The position numbers were made by a program, and so were the translations under genes. This document shows positions 34,536 through 46,186 of a DNA stretch of 64,000 nt, piece after piece (the first letter of the stretch is position 1; each line of letters opens with the position of its first letter). Origin of the DNA: Escherichia phage T4; sequence record NC_000866.4; one strand, written 5' to 3'. The notes below the pieces were generated by a model that made no database searches, was not told where the DNA came from, and saw only the letters and a list, made by a program, of their open reading frames with translations.

Positions 34536-36515
34536 ATGACTTTATTATCTCCGGGCATTGAGCTCAAAGAAACTACGGTTCAAAGCACCGTAGTTAATAA
34601 CTCTACTGGTACAGCAGCTTTGGCCGGTAAATTCCAGTGGGGTCCTGCTTTTCAGATTAAACAGGTTACAAATGAAGTAGATTTAGTTAATACTTTTGGT
34701 CAACCAACCGCTGAAACTGCTGACTATTTTATGTCTGCGATGAATTTCTTGCAGTACGGAAATGACTTACGAGTAGTTCGTGCTGTTGATAGAGATACCG
34801 CTAAAAACTCATCGCCAATTGCTGGTAATATTGATTACACAATTTCTACCCCAGGTAGTAACTATGCGGTTGGAGATAAAATCACGGTCAAATATGTTTC
34901 AGATGATATTGAAACTGAAGGTAAAATTACTGAAGTAGACGCAGATGGAAAAATTAAGAAAATTAATATTCCTACTGGCAAAAATTACGCTAAAGCGAAA
35001 GAAGTCGGTGAATATCCAACACTAGGTTCTAACTGGACTGCGGAAATTTCTTCATCTTCCTCTGGTTTAGCTGCAGTAATAACTCTTGGAAAAATTATTA
35101 CTGATTCTGGTATTTTATTAGCTGAAATTGAAAATGCTGAAGCTGCTATGACAGCGGTTGACTTTCAAGCAAATCTTAAAAAATATGGAATTCCAGGAGT
35201 AGTAGCGCTTTATCCAGGCGAATTAGGCGATAAAATTGAAATTGAAATCGTATCTAAAGCTGACTATGCAAAAGGAGCTTCTGCATTACTCCCAATTTAT
35301 CCAGGTGGTGGTACTCGTGCATCTACTGCTAAAGCAGTGTTTGGATATGGACCGCAAACTGATTCACAGTACGCTATTATAGTTCGTCGTAATGATGCTA
35401 TTGTTCAAAGCGTTGTTCTTTCAACTAAGCGTGGTGAAAAAGATATTTACGATAGTAACATCTATATCGATGACTTTTTCGCAAAAGGTGGTTCAGAATA
35501 TATTTTTGCAACTGCACAAAACTGGCCAGAAGGCTTCTCTGGAATTTTAACTCTGTCTGGTGGATTATCATCAAATGCTGAAGTAACAGCAGGAGATTTG
35601 ATGGAAGCTTGGGACTTCTTTGCTGACCGTGAATCTGTTGACGTTCAACTGTTTATTGCAGGTTCTTGTGCCGGTGAATCTTTAGAAACAGCATCTACTG
35701 TCCAAAAACACGTCGTTTCAATTGGGGATGCTCGCCAAGATTGCTTAGTATTGTGCTCTCCTCCGCGTGAAACTGTAGTTGGAATTCCTGTAACCCGTGC
35801 TGTTGATAACCTAGTCAATTGGAGAACTGCGGCAGGTTCATACACTGATAATAACTTTAATATCAGTTCAACCTATGCAGCAATTGATGGTAACCATAAG
35901 TATCAGTATGACAAATATAATGATGTGAATCGTTGGGTTCCATTAGCAGCTGATATTGCTGGTTTATGCGCAAGAACTGATAACGTATCTCAGACTTGGA
36001 TGTCTCCAGCTGGTTATAATCGTGGTCAGATTCTTAACGTTATTAAACTTGCTATTGAAACTCGCCAGGCTCAGCGCGACCGTTTATACCAAGAAGCTAT
36101 CAACCCGGTAACCGGTACAGGTGGTGATGGTTACGTATTGTATGGTGATAAAACAGCTACTTCTGTTCCTTCTCCATTTGATCGTATTAACGTTCGTCGT
36201 CTGTTTAATATGTTGAAAACGAATATCGGACGTAGTTCAAAATATCGTTTGTTCGAATTAAACAACGCGTTTACTCGTTCATCATTCCGCACAGAAACTG
36301 CCCAGTACTTACAAGGGAATAAAGCTCTCGGTGGAATTTATGAATATCGTGTAGTTTGCGATACAACAAATAACACTCCGTCAGTAATTGATAGAAATGA
36401 GTTTGTTGCAACATTCTACATCCAACCGGCTAGAAGCATTAACTACATTACCTTAAACTTCGTAGCAACTGCTACTGGTGCAGATTTCGATGAGTTAACT
36501 GGTCTTGCTGGTTAA
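34536..36515 (+). CDS. 18: tail sheath protein gp18
   Basis: 659-aa ORF. Confidence 0.95.
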   Translation: MTLLSPGIELKETTVQSTVVNNSTGTAALAGKFQWGPAFQIKQVTNEVDLVNTFGQPTAETADYFMSAMNFLQYGNDLRVVRAVDRDTAKNSSPIAGNIDYTISTPGSNYAVGDKITVKYVSDDIETEGKITEVDADGKIKKINIPTGKNYAKAKEVGEYPTLGSNWTAEISSSSSGLAAVITLGKIITDSGILLAEIENAEAAMTAVDFQANLKKYGIPGVVALYPGELGDKIEIEIVSKADYAKGASALLPIYPGGGTRASTAKAVFGYGPQTDSQYAIIVRRNDAIVQSVVLSTKRGEKDIYDSNIYIDDFFAKGGSEYIFATAQNWPEGFSGILTLSGGLSSNAEVTAGDLMEAWDFFADRESVDVQLFIAGSCAGESLETASTVQKHVVSIGDARQDCLVLCSPPRETVVGIPVTRAVDNLVNWRTAAGSYTDNNFNISSTYAAIDGNHKYQYDKYNDVNRWVPLAADIAGLCARTDNVSQTWMSPAGYNRGQILNVIKLAIETRQAQRDRLYQEAINPVTGTGGDGYVLYGDKTATSVPSPFDRINVRRLFNMLKTNIGRSSKYRLFELNNAFTRSSFRTETAQYLQGNKALGGIYEYRVVCDTTNNTPSVIDRNEFVATFYIQPARSINYITLNFVATATGADFDELTGLAG

Positions 36516-36531
36516 TACGGTGCATTCTAAA

Positions 36532-36549
36532 GGCCTGTTTCGGCAGGCC
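36532..36549 (+). other. RNA hairpin after gene 18
   Basis: GGCCTG-TTTCGG-CAGGCC (6-bp GC stem) directly upstream of a late promoter. Confidence 0.4.
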
Positions 36550-36550
36550 A

Positions 36551-36558
36551 TATAAATA
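36551..36558 (+). promoter_or_regulatory. late promoter TATAAATA (distal, gene 19)
   Basis: exact TATAAATA. Confidence 0.55.
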
Positions 36559-36609
36559 CACTATATCCTTAATTCTTTAATTCTATATGCCCTAGGTTAA
36601 ACATAGGGA

Positions 36610-36617
36610 TATAAATA
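36610..36617 (+). promoter_or_regulatory. late promoter TATAAATA (proximal, gene 19)
   Basis: exact TATAAATA 15 nt upstream of the gene 19 ATG. Confidence 0.6.
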
Positions 36618-36631
36618 CTACAGAGGCTAAT

Positions 36632-37123
36632 ATGTTTGTAGATGATGTAACACGAGCGTTTGAATCTGGTGATTTTGCTCGACCTAACTTATTCCAAGTA
36701 GAAATTTCTTATCTTGGACAAAATTTTACGTTCCAATGTAAAGCTACTGCTCTACCAGCTGGTATTGTAGAAAAAATTCCAGTCGGATTTATGAACCGTA
36801 AAATTAACGTAGCAGGCGATCGTACATTCGATGACTGGACTGTTACAGTAATGAACGATGAAGCTCATGATGCTCGTCAGAAGTTCGTTGATTGGCAAAG
36901 CATTGCTGCGGGGCAAGGAAACGAAATTACTGGTGGAAAACCTGCAGAGTATAAAAAGAGCGCTATCGTTCGTCAATATGCTCGTGACGCTAAAACAGTA
37001 ACAAAAGAAATTGAAATTAAAGGTCTGTGGCCTACTAACGTGGGTGAACTTCAATTAGATTGGGATTCAAACAATGAAATCCAAACTTTTGAAGTAACTC
37101 TTGCTCTCGATTATTGGGAATAA
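36632..37123 (+). CDS. 19: tail tube protein gp19
   Basis: 163-aa ORF. Confidence 0.95.
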   Translation: MFVDDVTRAFESGDFARPNLFQVEISYLGQNFTFQCKATALPAGIVEKIPVGFMNRKINVAGDRTFDDWTVTVMNDEAHDARQKFVDWQSIAAGQGNEITGGKPAEYKKSAIVRQYARDAKTVTKEIEIKGLWPTNVGELQLDWDSNNEIQTFEVTLALDYWE

Positions 37124-37130
37124 AATGAAT

Positions 37131-37144
37131 GGGGAGAAATCCCC
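37131..37144 (+). other. GNRA-tetraloop hairpin after gene 19
   Basis: GGGGA-GAAA-TCCCC. Confidence 0.4.
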
Positions 37145-37155
37145 ATCCTGCTTAA

Positions 37156-38780
<1,625 letters not shown>

Positions 38781-38781
<1 letters not shown>

Positions 38782-39023
38782 TGGAAGGTTTAATTGAAGC
38801 TATTAAATCAAACGACCTCGTAGCCGCTCGTAAATTATTTGCTGAAGCCATGGCTGCAAGAACGATTGATTTAATTAAAGAAGAAAAAATCGCTATCGCT
38901 CGCAATTTCTTAATCGAAGGTGAAGAACCTGAAGACGAGGATGAAGATGAAGATGACGAAGATAGTGATGATAAAGACGACAAAAAAGACGAAGACTCTG
39001 ACGAAGACGAGGATGATGAATAA
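38781..39023 (+). CDS. 67: prohead core protein gp67
   Basis: 80-aa ORF with an extremely acidic C-terminal tail ([32 protein letters not shown]). Confidence 0.8.
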
Positions 39024-39448
39024 TGCTTCTGATCCCTGAAACTCATGAATTAGTTCTCGAGAATGTCGAAGCACTTATTCCTGAAGCACAGGGTCGCTTT
39101 GACGAATTGTCTTCTGCTTTAAATAAAGACGATATAAATACAATTGTCGAGAATATGCTTGATGATGAAACTGATTTAGCGGTTGCATTAGCTTCTATTA
39201 ATGAAAATATGCCGTTAAATGAATTCATCGTTAAACATGTTTCTGCCCGTGGTGAAATTACTCGCACTAAAGACCGCAAAACGCGTGAACGAAATGCATT
39301 TCAAACCACTGGGCTGTCTAAAGCAAAACGTAGACAAATTGCTCGTAAAGCTACCAAAACGAAGATTGCCAATCCAGCAGGTCAATCTCGTGCTCAGCGT
39401 AAGCGTAAAAAAGCTCTTAAACGCCGTAAAGCATTAGGATTAAGCTAA
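39023..39448 (+). CDS. 68: prohead core protein gp68
   Basis: 141-aa ORF with basic C-terminus, coupled to 67 and 21. Confidence 0.8.
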
Positions 39449-40086
39449 TGAATGAACCCCAATTACTAATTGAAACTTGGGGTCAACCTGGCGAAATTAT
39501 TGATGGCGTACCAATGCTTGAATCTCATGATGGAAAAGACTTAGGTTTAAAACCGGGTTTATACATCGAAGGAATATTCATGCAAGCGGAAGTCGTCAAT
39601 AGAAATAAACGTCTTTATCCAAAACGTATATTAGAAAAAGCGGTAAAAGACTATATTAATGAGCAAGTTTTAACTAAACAAGCTCTCGGAGAATTAAATC
39701 ATCCTCCACGCGCTAATGTTGACCCGATGCAAGCCGCTATCATTATAGAAGATATGTGGTGGAAAGGAAATGACGTATACGGACGAGCTCGTGTTATTGA
39801 AGGTGACCATGGTCCTGGAGATAAATTAGCAGCTAATATTCGTGCCGGATGGATTCCAGGAGTTTCTTCTCGTGGATTAGGTTCATTGACTGACACAAAT
39901 GAAGGTTATCGTATCGTAAACGAAGGATTCAAATTAACTGTAGGTGTTGATGCAGTATGGGGTCCAAGTGCTCCAGATGCATGGGTAACTCCTAAGGAAA
40001 TTACCGAATCACAGACGGCGGAAGCCGATACAAGTGCCGATGACGCCTATATGGCTCTCGCAGAGGCCATGAAAAAAGCGTTATAA
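39448..40086 (+). CDS. 21: prohead core protease gp21
   Basis: 212-aa ORF. Confidence 0.9.
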   Translation: MNEPQLLIETWGQPGEIIDGVPMLESHDGKDLGLKPGLYIEGIFMQAEVVNRNKRLYPKRILEKAVKDYINEQVLTKQALGELNHPPRANVDPMQAAIIIEDMWWKGNDVYGRARVIEGDHGPGDKLAANIRAGWIPGVSSRGLGSLTDTNEGYRIVNEGFKLTVGVDAVWGPSAPDAWVTPKEITESQTAEADTSADDAYMALAEAMKKAL

Positions 40087-40089
40087 ATA
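40082..40089 (+). promoter_or_regulatory. late promoter TATAAATA for gene 22
   Basis: exact TATAAATA overlapping the gene 21 stop, 28 nt upstream of the gene 22 ATG. Confidence 0.65.
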
Positions 40090-40116
40090 TTATTATCTAA
40101 ACAACAGGACTACAAA

Positions 40117-40926
40117 ATGCTTAAAGAACAACTGATTGCCGAAGCGCAGAAAATTGATGCTTCCGTTGCTCTTGATAGTATTTTCGAATCAGTTAATATT
40201 TCTCCGGAAGCAAAAGAAACTTTCGGCACTGTATTCGAAGCTACCGTCAAGCAGCACGCCGTTAAATTAGCTGAATCTCATATCGCTAAAATTGCTGAAA
40301 AAGCAGAAGAAGAAGTAGAAAAAAATAAAGAAGAAGCCGAAGAAAAAGCTGAGAAGAAAATCGCTGAGCAAGCTTCTAAATTCATTGACCATCTTGCAAA
40401 AGAATGGCTCGCTGAAAATAAATTAGCAGTTGATAAAGGCATCAAAGCCGAACTGTTTGAATCCATGCTTGGTGGATTAAAAGAGCTCTTTGTTGAACAC
40501 AACGTTGTTGTTCCAGAAGAATCAGTTGATGTTGTAGCTGAAATGGAAGAAGAGCTGCAAGAACATAAAGAAGAATCGCCTCGTCTGTTCGAAGAACTGA
40601 ATATGCGCGACGCATATATCAATTATGTGCAGCGTGAAGTGGCATTGAGCGAAAGTACTAAAGATCTGACTGAGTCTCAAAAAGAAAAAGTCTCTGCTCT
40701 GGTCGAAGGTATGGATTATTCAGATGCATTCTCAAGTAAATTGAGTGCAATCGTAGAAATGGTGAAGAAATCTAATAAAGATGAAAGCACTATTACTGAG
40801 AGTATAAATACTCCTGATACTGAAGCAGCCGGACTGAATTTCGTCACTGAAGCTGTAGAAGATAAAGCTGCACAGGGTGCAGAAGATATTGTAAGTGTAT
40901 ATGCGAAAGTCGCATCTCGTTTCTAA
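40117..40926 (+). CDS. 22: prohead core scaffold protein gp22
   Basis: 269-aa acidic coiled-coil ORF. Confidence 0.9.
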   Translation: MLKEQLIAEAQKIDASVALDSIFESVNISPEAKETFGTVFEATVKQHAVKLAESHIAKIAEKAEEEVEKNKEEAEEKAEKKIAEQASKFIDHLAKEWLAENKLAVDKGIKAELFESMLGGLKELFVEHNVVVPEESVDVVAEMEEELQEHKEESPRLFEELNMRDAYINYVQREVALSESTKDLTESQKEKVSALVEGMDYSDAFSSKLSAIVEMVKKSNKDESTITESINTPDTEAAGLNFVTEAVEDKAAQGAEDIVSVYAKVASRF

Positions 40927-40944
40927 TTTTAAAGGTTAACACAA

Positions 40945-42510
40945 ATGACTATCAAAACTAAAGCTGAACTTTTGAACAAATGGAAGCCATTACTGGAAGG
41001 TGAAGGTTTACCGGAAATTGCTAATAGCAAACAAGCGATTATCGCTAAAATCTTTGAAAACCAGGAAAAAGATTTCCAGACAGCTCCGGAATATAAAGAC
41101 GAAAAAATTGCTCAGGCATTCGGTTCTTTCTTAACAGAAGCTGAAATCGGTGGTGACCACGGTTACAATGCTACCAACATCGCTGCAGGTCAGACTTCTG
41201 GCGCAGTAACTCAGATTGGCCCAGCTGTTATGGGTATGGTACGTCGTGCTATTCCTAACCTGATTGCTTTCGATATTTGTGGTGTTCAGCCGATGAACAG
41301 CCCGACTGGCCAGGTATTCGCACTGCGCGCAGTATATGGTAAAGACCCAGTGGCTGCCGGTGCTAAAGAAGCATTCCACCCAATGTATGGTCCAGATGCA
41401 ATGTTCTCTGGTCAGGGTGCTGCTAAGAAATTCCCAGCTCTGGCTGCTAGCACACAAACCACAGTAGGTGATATCTATACTCACTTCTTCCAGGAAACTG
41501 GTACTGTATATCTGCAAGCTTCTGTTCAAGTAACAATCGATGCTGGTGCGACTGATGCTGCTAAATTAGATGCTGAAATTAAGAAACAAATGGAAGCTGG
41601 TGCACTGGTAGAAATCGCTGAAGGTATGGCTACTTCTATCGCTGAACTCCAGGAAGGTTTCAATGGTTCTACCGATAACCCATGGAATGAAATGGGCTTC
41701 CGTATCGATAAGCAAGTTATCGAAGCTAAATCTCGTCAGCTGAAAGCTGCTTACTCTATTGAATTAGCACAAGACCTCCGCGCTGTTCACGGTATGGATG
41801 CTGATGCTGAACTGTCTGGTATTCTGGCTACAGAAATTATGCTGGAAATCAACCGTGAAGTTGTTGATTGGATTAACTACTCAGCTCAGGTTGGTAAATC
41901 TGGTATGACCCTGACTCCGGGTTCTAAAGCTGGTGTATTTGACTTCCAGGACCCAATTGATATTCGTGGTGCTCGCTGGGCGGGTGAATCCTTTAAAGCT
42001 CTGTTGTTCCAGATTGACAAAGAAGCAGTTGAAATTGCTCGTCAGACCGGTCGTGGTGAAGGTAACTTCATTATCGCTTCCCGTAACGTAGTTAACGTTT
42101 TGGCTTCAGTTGATACCGGCATTTCTTATGCTGCACAGGGTCTGGCTACCGGCTTTAGCACTGATACTACCAAGTCAGTATTTGCTGGTGTTCTGGGTGG
42201 TAAATACCGCGTATATATCGACCAGTATGCTAAACAGGATTATTTCACTGTAGGTTATAAAGGTCCGAACGAAATGGATGCTGGTATTTACTATGCTCCA
42301 TATGTAGCTCTGACTCCGCTGCGTGGTTCCGATCCGAAGAACTTCCAACCGGTAATGGGATTCAAAACTCGTTACGGTATCGGTATCAACCCATTTGCAG
42401 AATCCGCTGCTCAGGCTCCGGCTTCTCGCATCCAGAGCGGTATGCCTTCTATTCTGAATAGCCTTGGTAAAAACGCTTACTTTAGACGTGTATATGTTAA
42501 AGGTATCTAA
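40945..42510 (+). CDS. 23: major capsid protein gp23
   Basis: 521-aa ORF; high GC and codon bias typical of a highly expressed gene. Confidence 0.97.
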   Translation: MTIKTKAELLNKWKPLLEGEGLPEIANSKQAIIAKIFENQEKDFQTAPEYKDEKIAQAFGSFLTEAEIGGDHGYNATNIAAGQTSGAVTQIGPAVMGMVRRAIPNLIAFDICGVQPMNSPTGQVFALRAVYGKDPVAAGAKEAFHPMYGPDAMFSGQGAAKKFPALAASTQTTVGDIYTHFFQETGTVYLQASVQVTIDAGATDAAKLDAEIKKQMEAGALVEIAEGMATSIAELQEGFNGSTDNPWNEMGFRIDKQVIEAKSRQLKAAYSIELAQDLRAVHGMDADAELSGILATEIMLEINREVVDWINYSAQVGKSGMTLTPGSKAGVFDFQDPIDIRGARWAGESFKALLFQIDKEAVEIARQTGRGEGNFIIASRNVVNVLASVDTGISYAAQGLATGFSTDTTKSVFAGVLGGKYRVYIDQYAKQDYFTVGYKGPNEMDAGIYYAPYVALTPLRGSDPKNFQPVMGFKTRYGIGINPFAESAAQAPASRIQSGMPSILNSLGKNAYFRRVYVKGI

Positions 42511-42536
42511 TCTCTAACGATAGAAACACAATTTTA

Positions 42537-42560
42537 GGGAACCTTCGGGTTCCCTTTTTT
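42537..42560 (+). terminator. rho-independent terminator after gene 23
   Basis: GGGAACCTTCGGGTTCCC perfect hairpin followed by TTTTTT. Confidence 0.75.
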
Positions 42561-43235
42561 CTATTTTATACGATAGCAATCAGGCATATCATCCGCATTT
42601 ATCCAATTGCGAATAGTTTTAGGACTAACTTTAAAATGCTCCGCTGCGTAATCAGGATTATCAAATTTAACGCCCTTTATACATATTGGAATAAATTTTT
42701 TAATACCACCAAGTTTTTCAGAAATAGCTTTACGATGTGAAATCGATATAGGTTTGTTTTTTCGTGGATGAACATGTGTTTTATAATATTCATTGCGCCC
42801 TTTAACTCGCTTCGCAATAGTTTCATCAGATTGCTTAACGCCTGTTTTTGCCTTTGATATTTTTCGTTTAGCTTCCACAGTCATTCCTTCTTTTGTTCGT
42901 ATTGATAACATATTACGATATGAAGGATCTTGCAAATGAACTATAACTGGATTTCCTCTGCCACCAATAGCAGCATTATAGGTATCAGTTCTCATAACGA
43001 ATTCCTCATTAACTAGTAAAGCTTCCATTTTATACATCTCCTCAGATGAGGAGAAAGAATAAAGAATTTCTTTTTTAAAGTTATGAATACCATATTTTTT
43101 GATGGATTTTTTGATGTTTACGCCAGAACCCATATAACCATCGTTTTCGTCAAGAGTAGCATGAGCTCCGATGTAAATTTTTCCATTGATGATATTAGTA
43201 ATTTGATATATTAAATATTTCATTTTAAACATCAC
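42561..43235 (-). CDS. segD: GIY-YIG homing endonuclease
   Basis: 224-aa ORF with GIY-YIG motif (KIYIGAHATLDENDGYMGSG) between genes 23 and 24. Confidence 0.8.
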   Translation of the reverse strand: MMFKMKYLIYQITNIINGKIYIGAHATLDENDGYMGSGVNIKKSIKKYGIHNFKKEILYSFSSSEEMYKMEALLVNEEFVMRTDTYNAAIGGRGNPVIVHLQDPSYRNMLSIRTKEGMTVEAKRKISKAKTGVKQSDETIAKRVKGRNEYYKTHVHPRKNKPISISHRKAISEKLGGIKKFIPICIKGVKFDNPDYAAEHFKVSPKTIRNWINADDMPDCYRIK

Positions 43236-43287
43236 TCCGTTTGTATATGATTATAATATCATATTACTTTGGTCTTGTAAATAACTT

Positions 43288-43295
43288 TATAAATA
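43288..43295 (+). promoter_or_regulatory. late promoter TATAAATA for gene 24
   Basis: exact TATAAATA 28 nt upstream of the gene 24 ATG. Confidence 0.65.
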
Positions 43296-43322
43296 GTATT
43301 ATATTTCAACAAGGAAAATACA

Positions 43323-44606
43323 ATGGCTAAAATCAACGAACTTCTGCGCGAATCAACCACAACGAATAGCAACTCAATCGGTCGCCCAAATCTCGTTGCT
43401 TTGACTCGCGCTACCACTAAATTAATATATTCTGACATTGTAGCAACGCAAAGAACTAATCAACCTGTTGCTGCTTTTTATGGTATCAAATACCTTAACC
43501 CAGACAACGAATTTACATTTAAAACTGGTGCTACTTACGCTGGCGAAGCTGGATATGTAGACCGAGAACAAATCACAGAATTAACAGAAGAGTCTAAATT
43601 AACTCTCAATAAAGGCGATTTATTCAAATATAATAATATCGTTTATAAAGTATTAGAAGATACTCCATTTGCTACTATCGAAGAAAGTGATTTAGAATTA
43701 GCTCTTCAGATTGCAATCGTTCTTTTAAAGGTTCGTCTATTTTCTGACGCAGCGTCAACAAGCAAATTTGAAAGCTCTGATAGTGAAATTGCGGATGCTA
43801 GATTCCAGATTAATAAATGGCAAACTGCAGTTAAATCTCGTAAACTTAAAACTGGCATCACAGTTGAATTAGCGCAAGATTTAGAAGCAAATGGATTCGA
43901 TGCTCCTAATTTCTTGGAAGATTTGCTTGCAACTGAAATGGCAGATGAAATCAATAAAGACATTCTGCAGTCTTTGATTACAGTGTCAAAACGCTATAAA
44001 GTTACAGGAATTACTGATAGTGGATTCATCGATTTGAGTTATGCATCTGCTCCTGAAGCTGGTCGTTCATTATACCGAATGGTATGTGAAATGGTTTCGC
44101 ATATCCAAAAAGAATCAACTTATACAGCAACGTTCTGTGTTGCTTCAGCTCGTGCCGCTGCGATTCTTGCTGCATCAGGCTGGTTAAAACATAAACCAGA
44201 AGATGACAAATATCTTTCACAAAATGCCTACGGGTTCTTAGCTAATGGTTTACCGCTTTATTGCGATACTAACAGCCCATTAGATTATGTAATCGTTGGC
44301 GTAGTAGAAAATATCGGTGAAAAAGAAATTGTTGGATCAATTTTCTATGCTCCGTATACAGAAGGTCTCGACTTAGATGACCCTGAACATGTAGGTGCAT
44401 TTAAAGTTGTTGTTGATCCAGAAAGCTTACAACCATCTATCGGTTTATTAGTTAGATATGCTTTATCAGCAAATCCTTATACTGTAGCAAAAGATGAAAA
44501 AGAAGCAAGAATAATTGACGGTGGAGACATGGATAAAATGGCAGGTCGTTCAGATTTGTCTGTTTTATTAGGTGTTAAGCTACCAAAAATTATCATTGAT
44601 GAATAA
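43323..44606 (+). CDS. 24: capsid vertex protein gp24
   Basis: 427-aa ORF, paralogous in architecture to gp23. Confidence 0.9.
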   Translation: MAKINELLRESTTTNSNSIGRPNLVALTRATTKLIYSDIVATQRTNQPVAAFYGIKYLNPDNEFTFKTGATYAGEAGYVDREQITELTEESKLTLNKGDLFKYNNIVYKVLEDTPFATIEESDLELALQIAIVLLKVRLFSDAASTSKFESSDSEIADARFQINKWQTAVKSRKLKTGITVELAQDLEANGFDAPNFLEDLLATEMADEINKDILQSLITVSKRYKVTGITDSGFIDLSYASAPEAGRSLYRMVCEMVSHIQKESTYTATFCVASARAAAILAASGWLKHKPEDDKYLSQNAYGFLANGLPLYCDTNSPLDYVIVGVVENIGEKEIVGSIFYAPYTEGLDLDDPEHVGAFKVVVDPESLQPSIGLLVRYALSANPYTVAKDEKEARIIDGGDMDKMAGRSDLSVLLGVKLPKIIIDE

Positions 44607-44613
44607 AACAAAG

Positions 44614-44634
44614 GGACCTTTCGGTCCCTTTTTA
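44614..44634. terminator. terminator hairpin between convergent genes 24 and rnlB
   Basis: GGGACCTTTCGGTCCC followed by TTTTT on the plus strand; the same hairpin lies just past the rnlB stop on the minus strand. Confidence 0.7.
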
Positions 44635-44635
44635 T

Positions 44636-45640
44636 TTAACTTACCAACTCAATCCAAGCTGGACGAAGTACATCTTGTACCATTTTAACTAATTCCTTTT
44701 TAATCAAAGAAGGATTATCTGCTTGAGTTAGAGTAATACCTTCACGAGAAGTTTCTTCCAAAATATCTTGAACAGTTAGCCCCATCACCTTTCCAAAATC
44801 CTTTGGACCAATTTCGCCAATTTTAGAAATAACGTTATTTACGCGGTTCAGTGTAACGTAACAAGCTAAAATTCCCACCAATTTGTTATCAGCTTCTGAT
44901 AGCTCAACTTTAGCTTTAATAGGCTTATCAGACTTTTTCTTTTCACTAAATTTAGAGTTCTTGCATTTAATCGCTACACGATTTCCATTACGAAGCCAAG
45001 AAGGATAACAAGGTTTCAATACATATCCTTCAGCAGTAAATACTTCGCCTTTTGCTTCGGCATTCCAAACGCATTTATTTGCATCAACTAATCCAGCATG
45101 GTCTACTGTAAAATTATAATCTTGGACGACAGAATCTAAATCATTTGGCAATTTAATAAGCTCTTCAAATTTACCGCGACCTAAAAGTGGAGCCATTTTA
45201 AATTTAAATGTATTACAGAATGATTCCATCATATAATCATCTACATAAGTCACATCACCGCTTTCTGTAGTAACAATAATGTCAAATACATAAAAATCTT
45301 TATCACAATAATCAACATTCTTCTGAATGCCAGGTCCAGCGAATTCGCCAAAGACTTGATAAGATACAACCGCTGAGGTTTCCATAATATCTTGTACAGC
45401 TTTAATGGAATCAGCATAATTCTTCAAAATAATTTCATACCCAAAGAAATCTTCAGCAGGAAGAATCGGTCCAGTGCGTTTAGCGCAAGTCACTTTATCA
45501 CGCTCAATAATCAATGAGAAATTTGTGCCGTGAATCTTTTCACGAGCTACCCACTCCCCACCAGTCAATCCCAAGCTATAAAGTTTTTCAATAAATTTAG
45601 AGTTGTAATGATTTTCAAGACTGCTATACTTTTTAAACAT
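44636..45640 (-). CDS. rnlB: RNA ligase 2
   Basis: 334-aa ORF with nucleotidyltransferase motif I KIHGTN. Confidence 0.85.
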
Positions 45641-45649
45641 AATTAATCC

Positions 45650-45928
45650 TCAAAATGTAATTTCTAACCAATCACCATCACGCTGATCACTATTGACTTT
45701 AAAGCTGAATCCTTCTTTTCTCAGCCAATCACCAATTTCTTCTGTAATCAATTTATCACGAGCAATACAATAATAATTAAAATGTGTTTTACCTTGTTCA
45801 GCTGCTTTATTAGCAAGTTCTGAAAAATCTTTAATAAAACACTCTAGCTTAAACTGTTTACTTTTTAATGCTTTTTCGCGTAATTGATTAGCAAAAGATT
45901 CATTTTCATAAAGATCATACTGTTCCAT
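45650..45928 (-). CDS. hypothetical protein (T4 24.2 position)
   Basis: 92-aa ORF. Confidence 0.55.
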   Translation of the reverse strand: MEQYDLYENESFANQLREKALKSKQFKLECFIKDFSELANKAAEQGKTHFNYYCIARDKLITEEIGDWLRKEGFSFKVNSDQRDGDWLEITF

Positions 45929-46097
45929 TTTTCACCTTTTTATTGATATGTCTTTTTCTATAGACAACTTTTTCTCGAGCCCATAATACAGCCACTTCTT
46001 TTGCCTGTAAGTTTAATTCACGAGCAATTTCAATGAATGACTTTCCAGACTCATGAAGAGTAAACACCACAACCTCAGTTCTCATAATCAATCTCAT
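45915..46097 (-). CDS. hypothetical small protein with helix-turn-helix-like segment (T4 24.3 position)
   Basis: 60-aa ORF; SGKSFIEIARELNLQAKEV resembles an HTH. Confidence 0.45.
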   Translation of the reverse strand: MRLIMRTEVVVFTLHESGKSFIEIARELNLQAKEVAVLWAREKVVYRKRHINKKVKNGTV

Positions 46098-46165
46098 GTT
46101 ATCGAGTTGGTGCCATTATATACATCATTTTCTGATTGTGTTTTGTGTGCTTTCAAAATGAAGAA

Positions 46166-46181
46166 AGGGGCCGAAGCCCCT
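46166..46181 (-). other. GC-rich UUCG-tetraloop hairpin after hoc
   Basis: AGGGGC-CGAA-GCCCCT (plus strand); identical to the element at 5291..5306. Confidence 0.5.
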
Positions 46182-46186
46182 TATGA

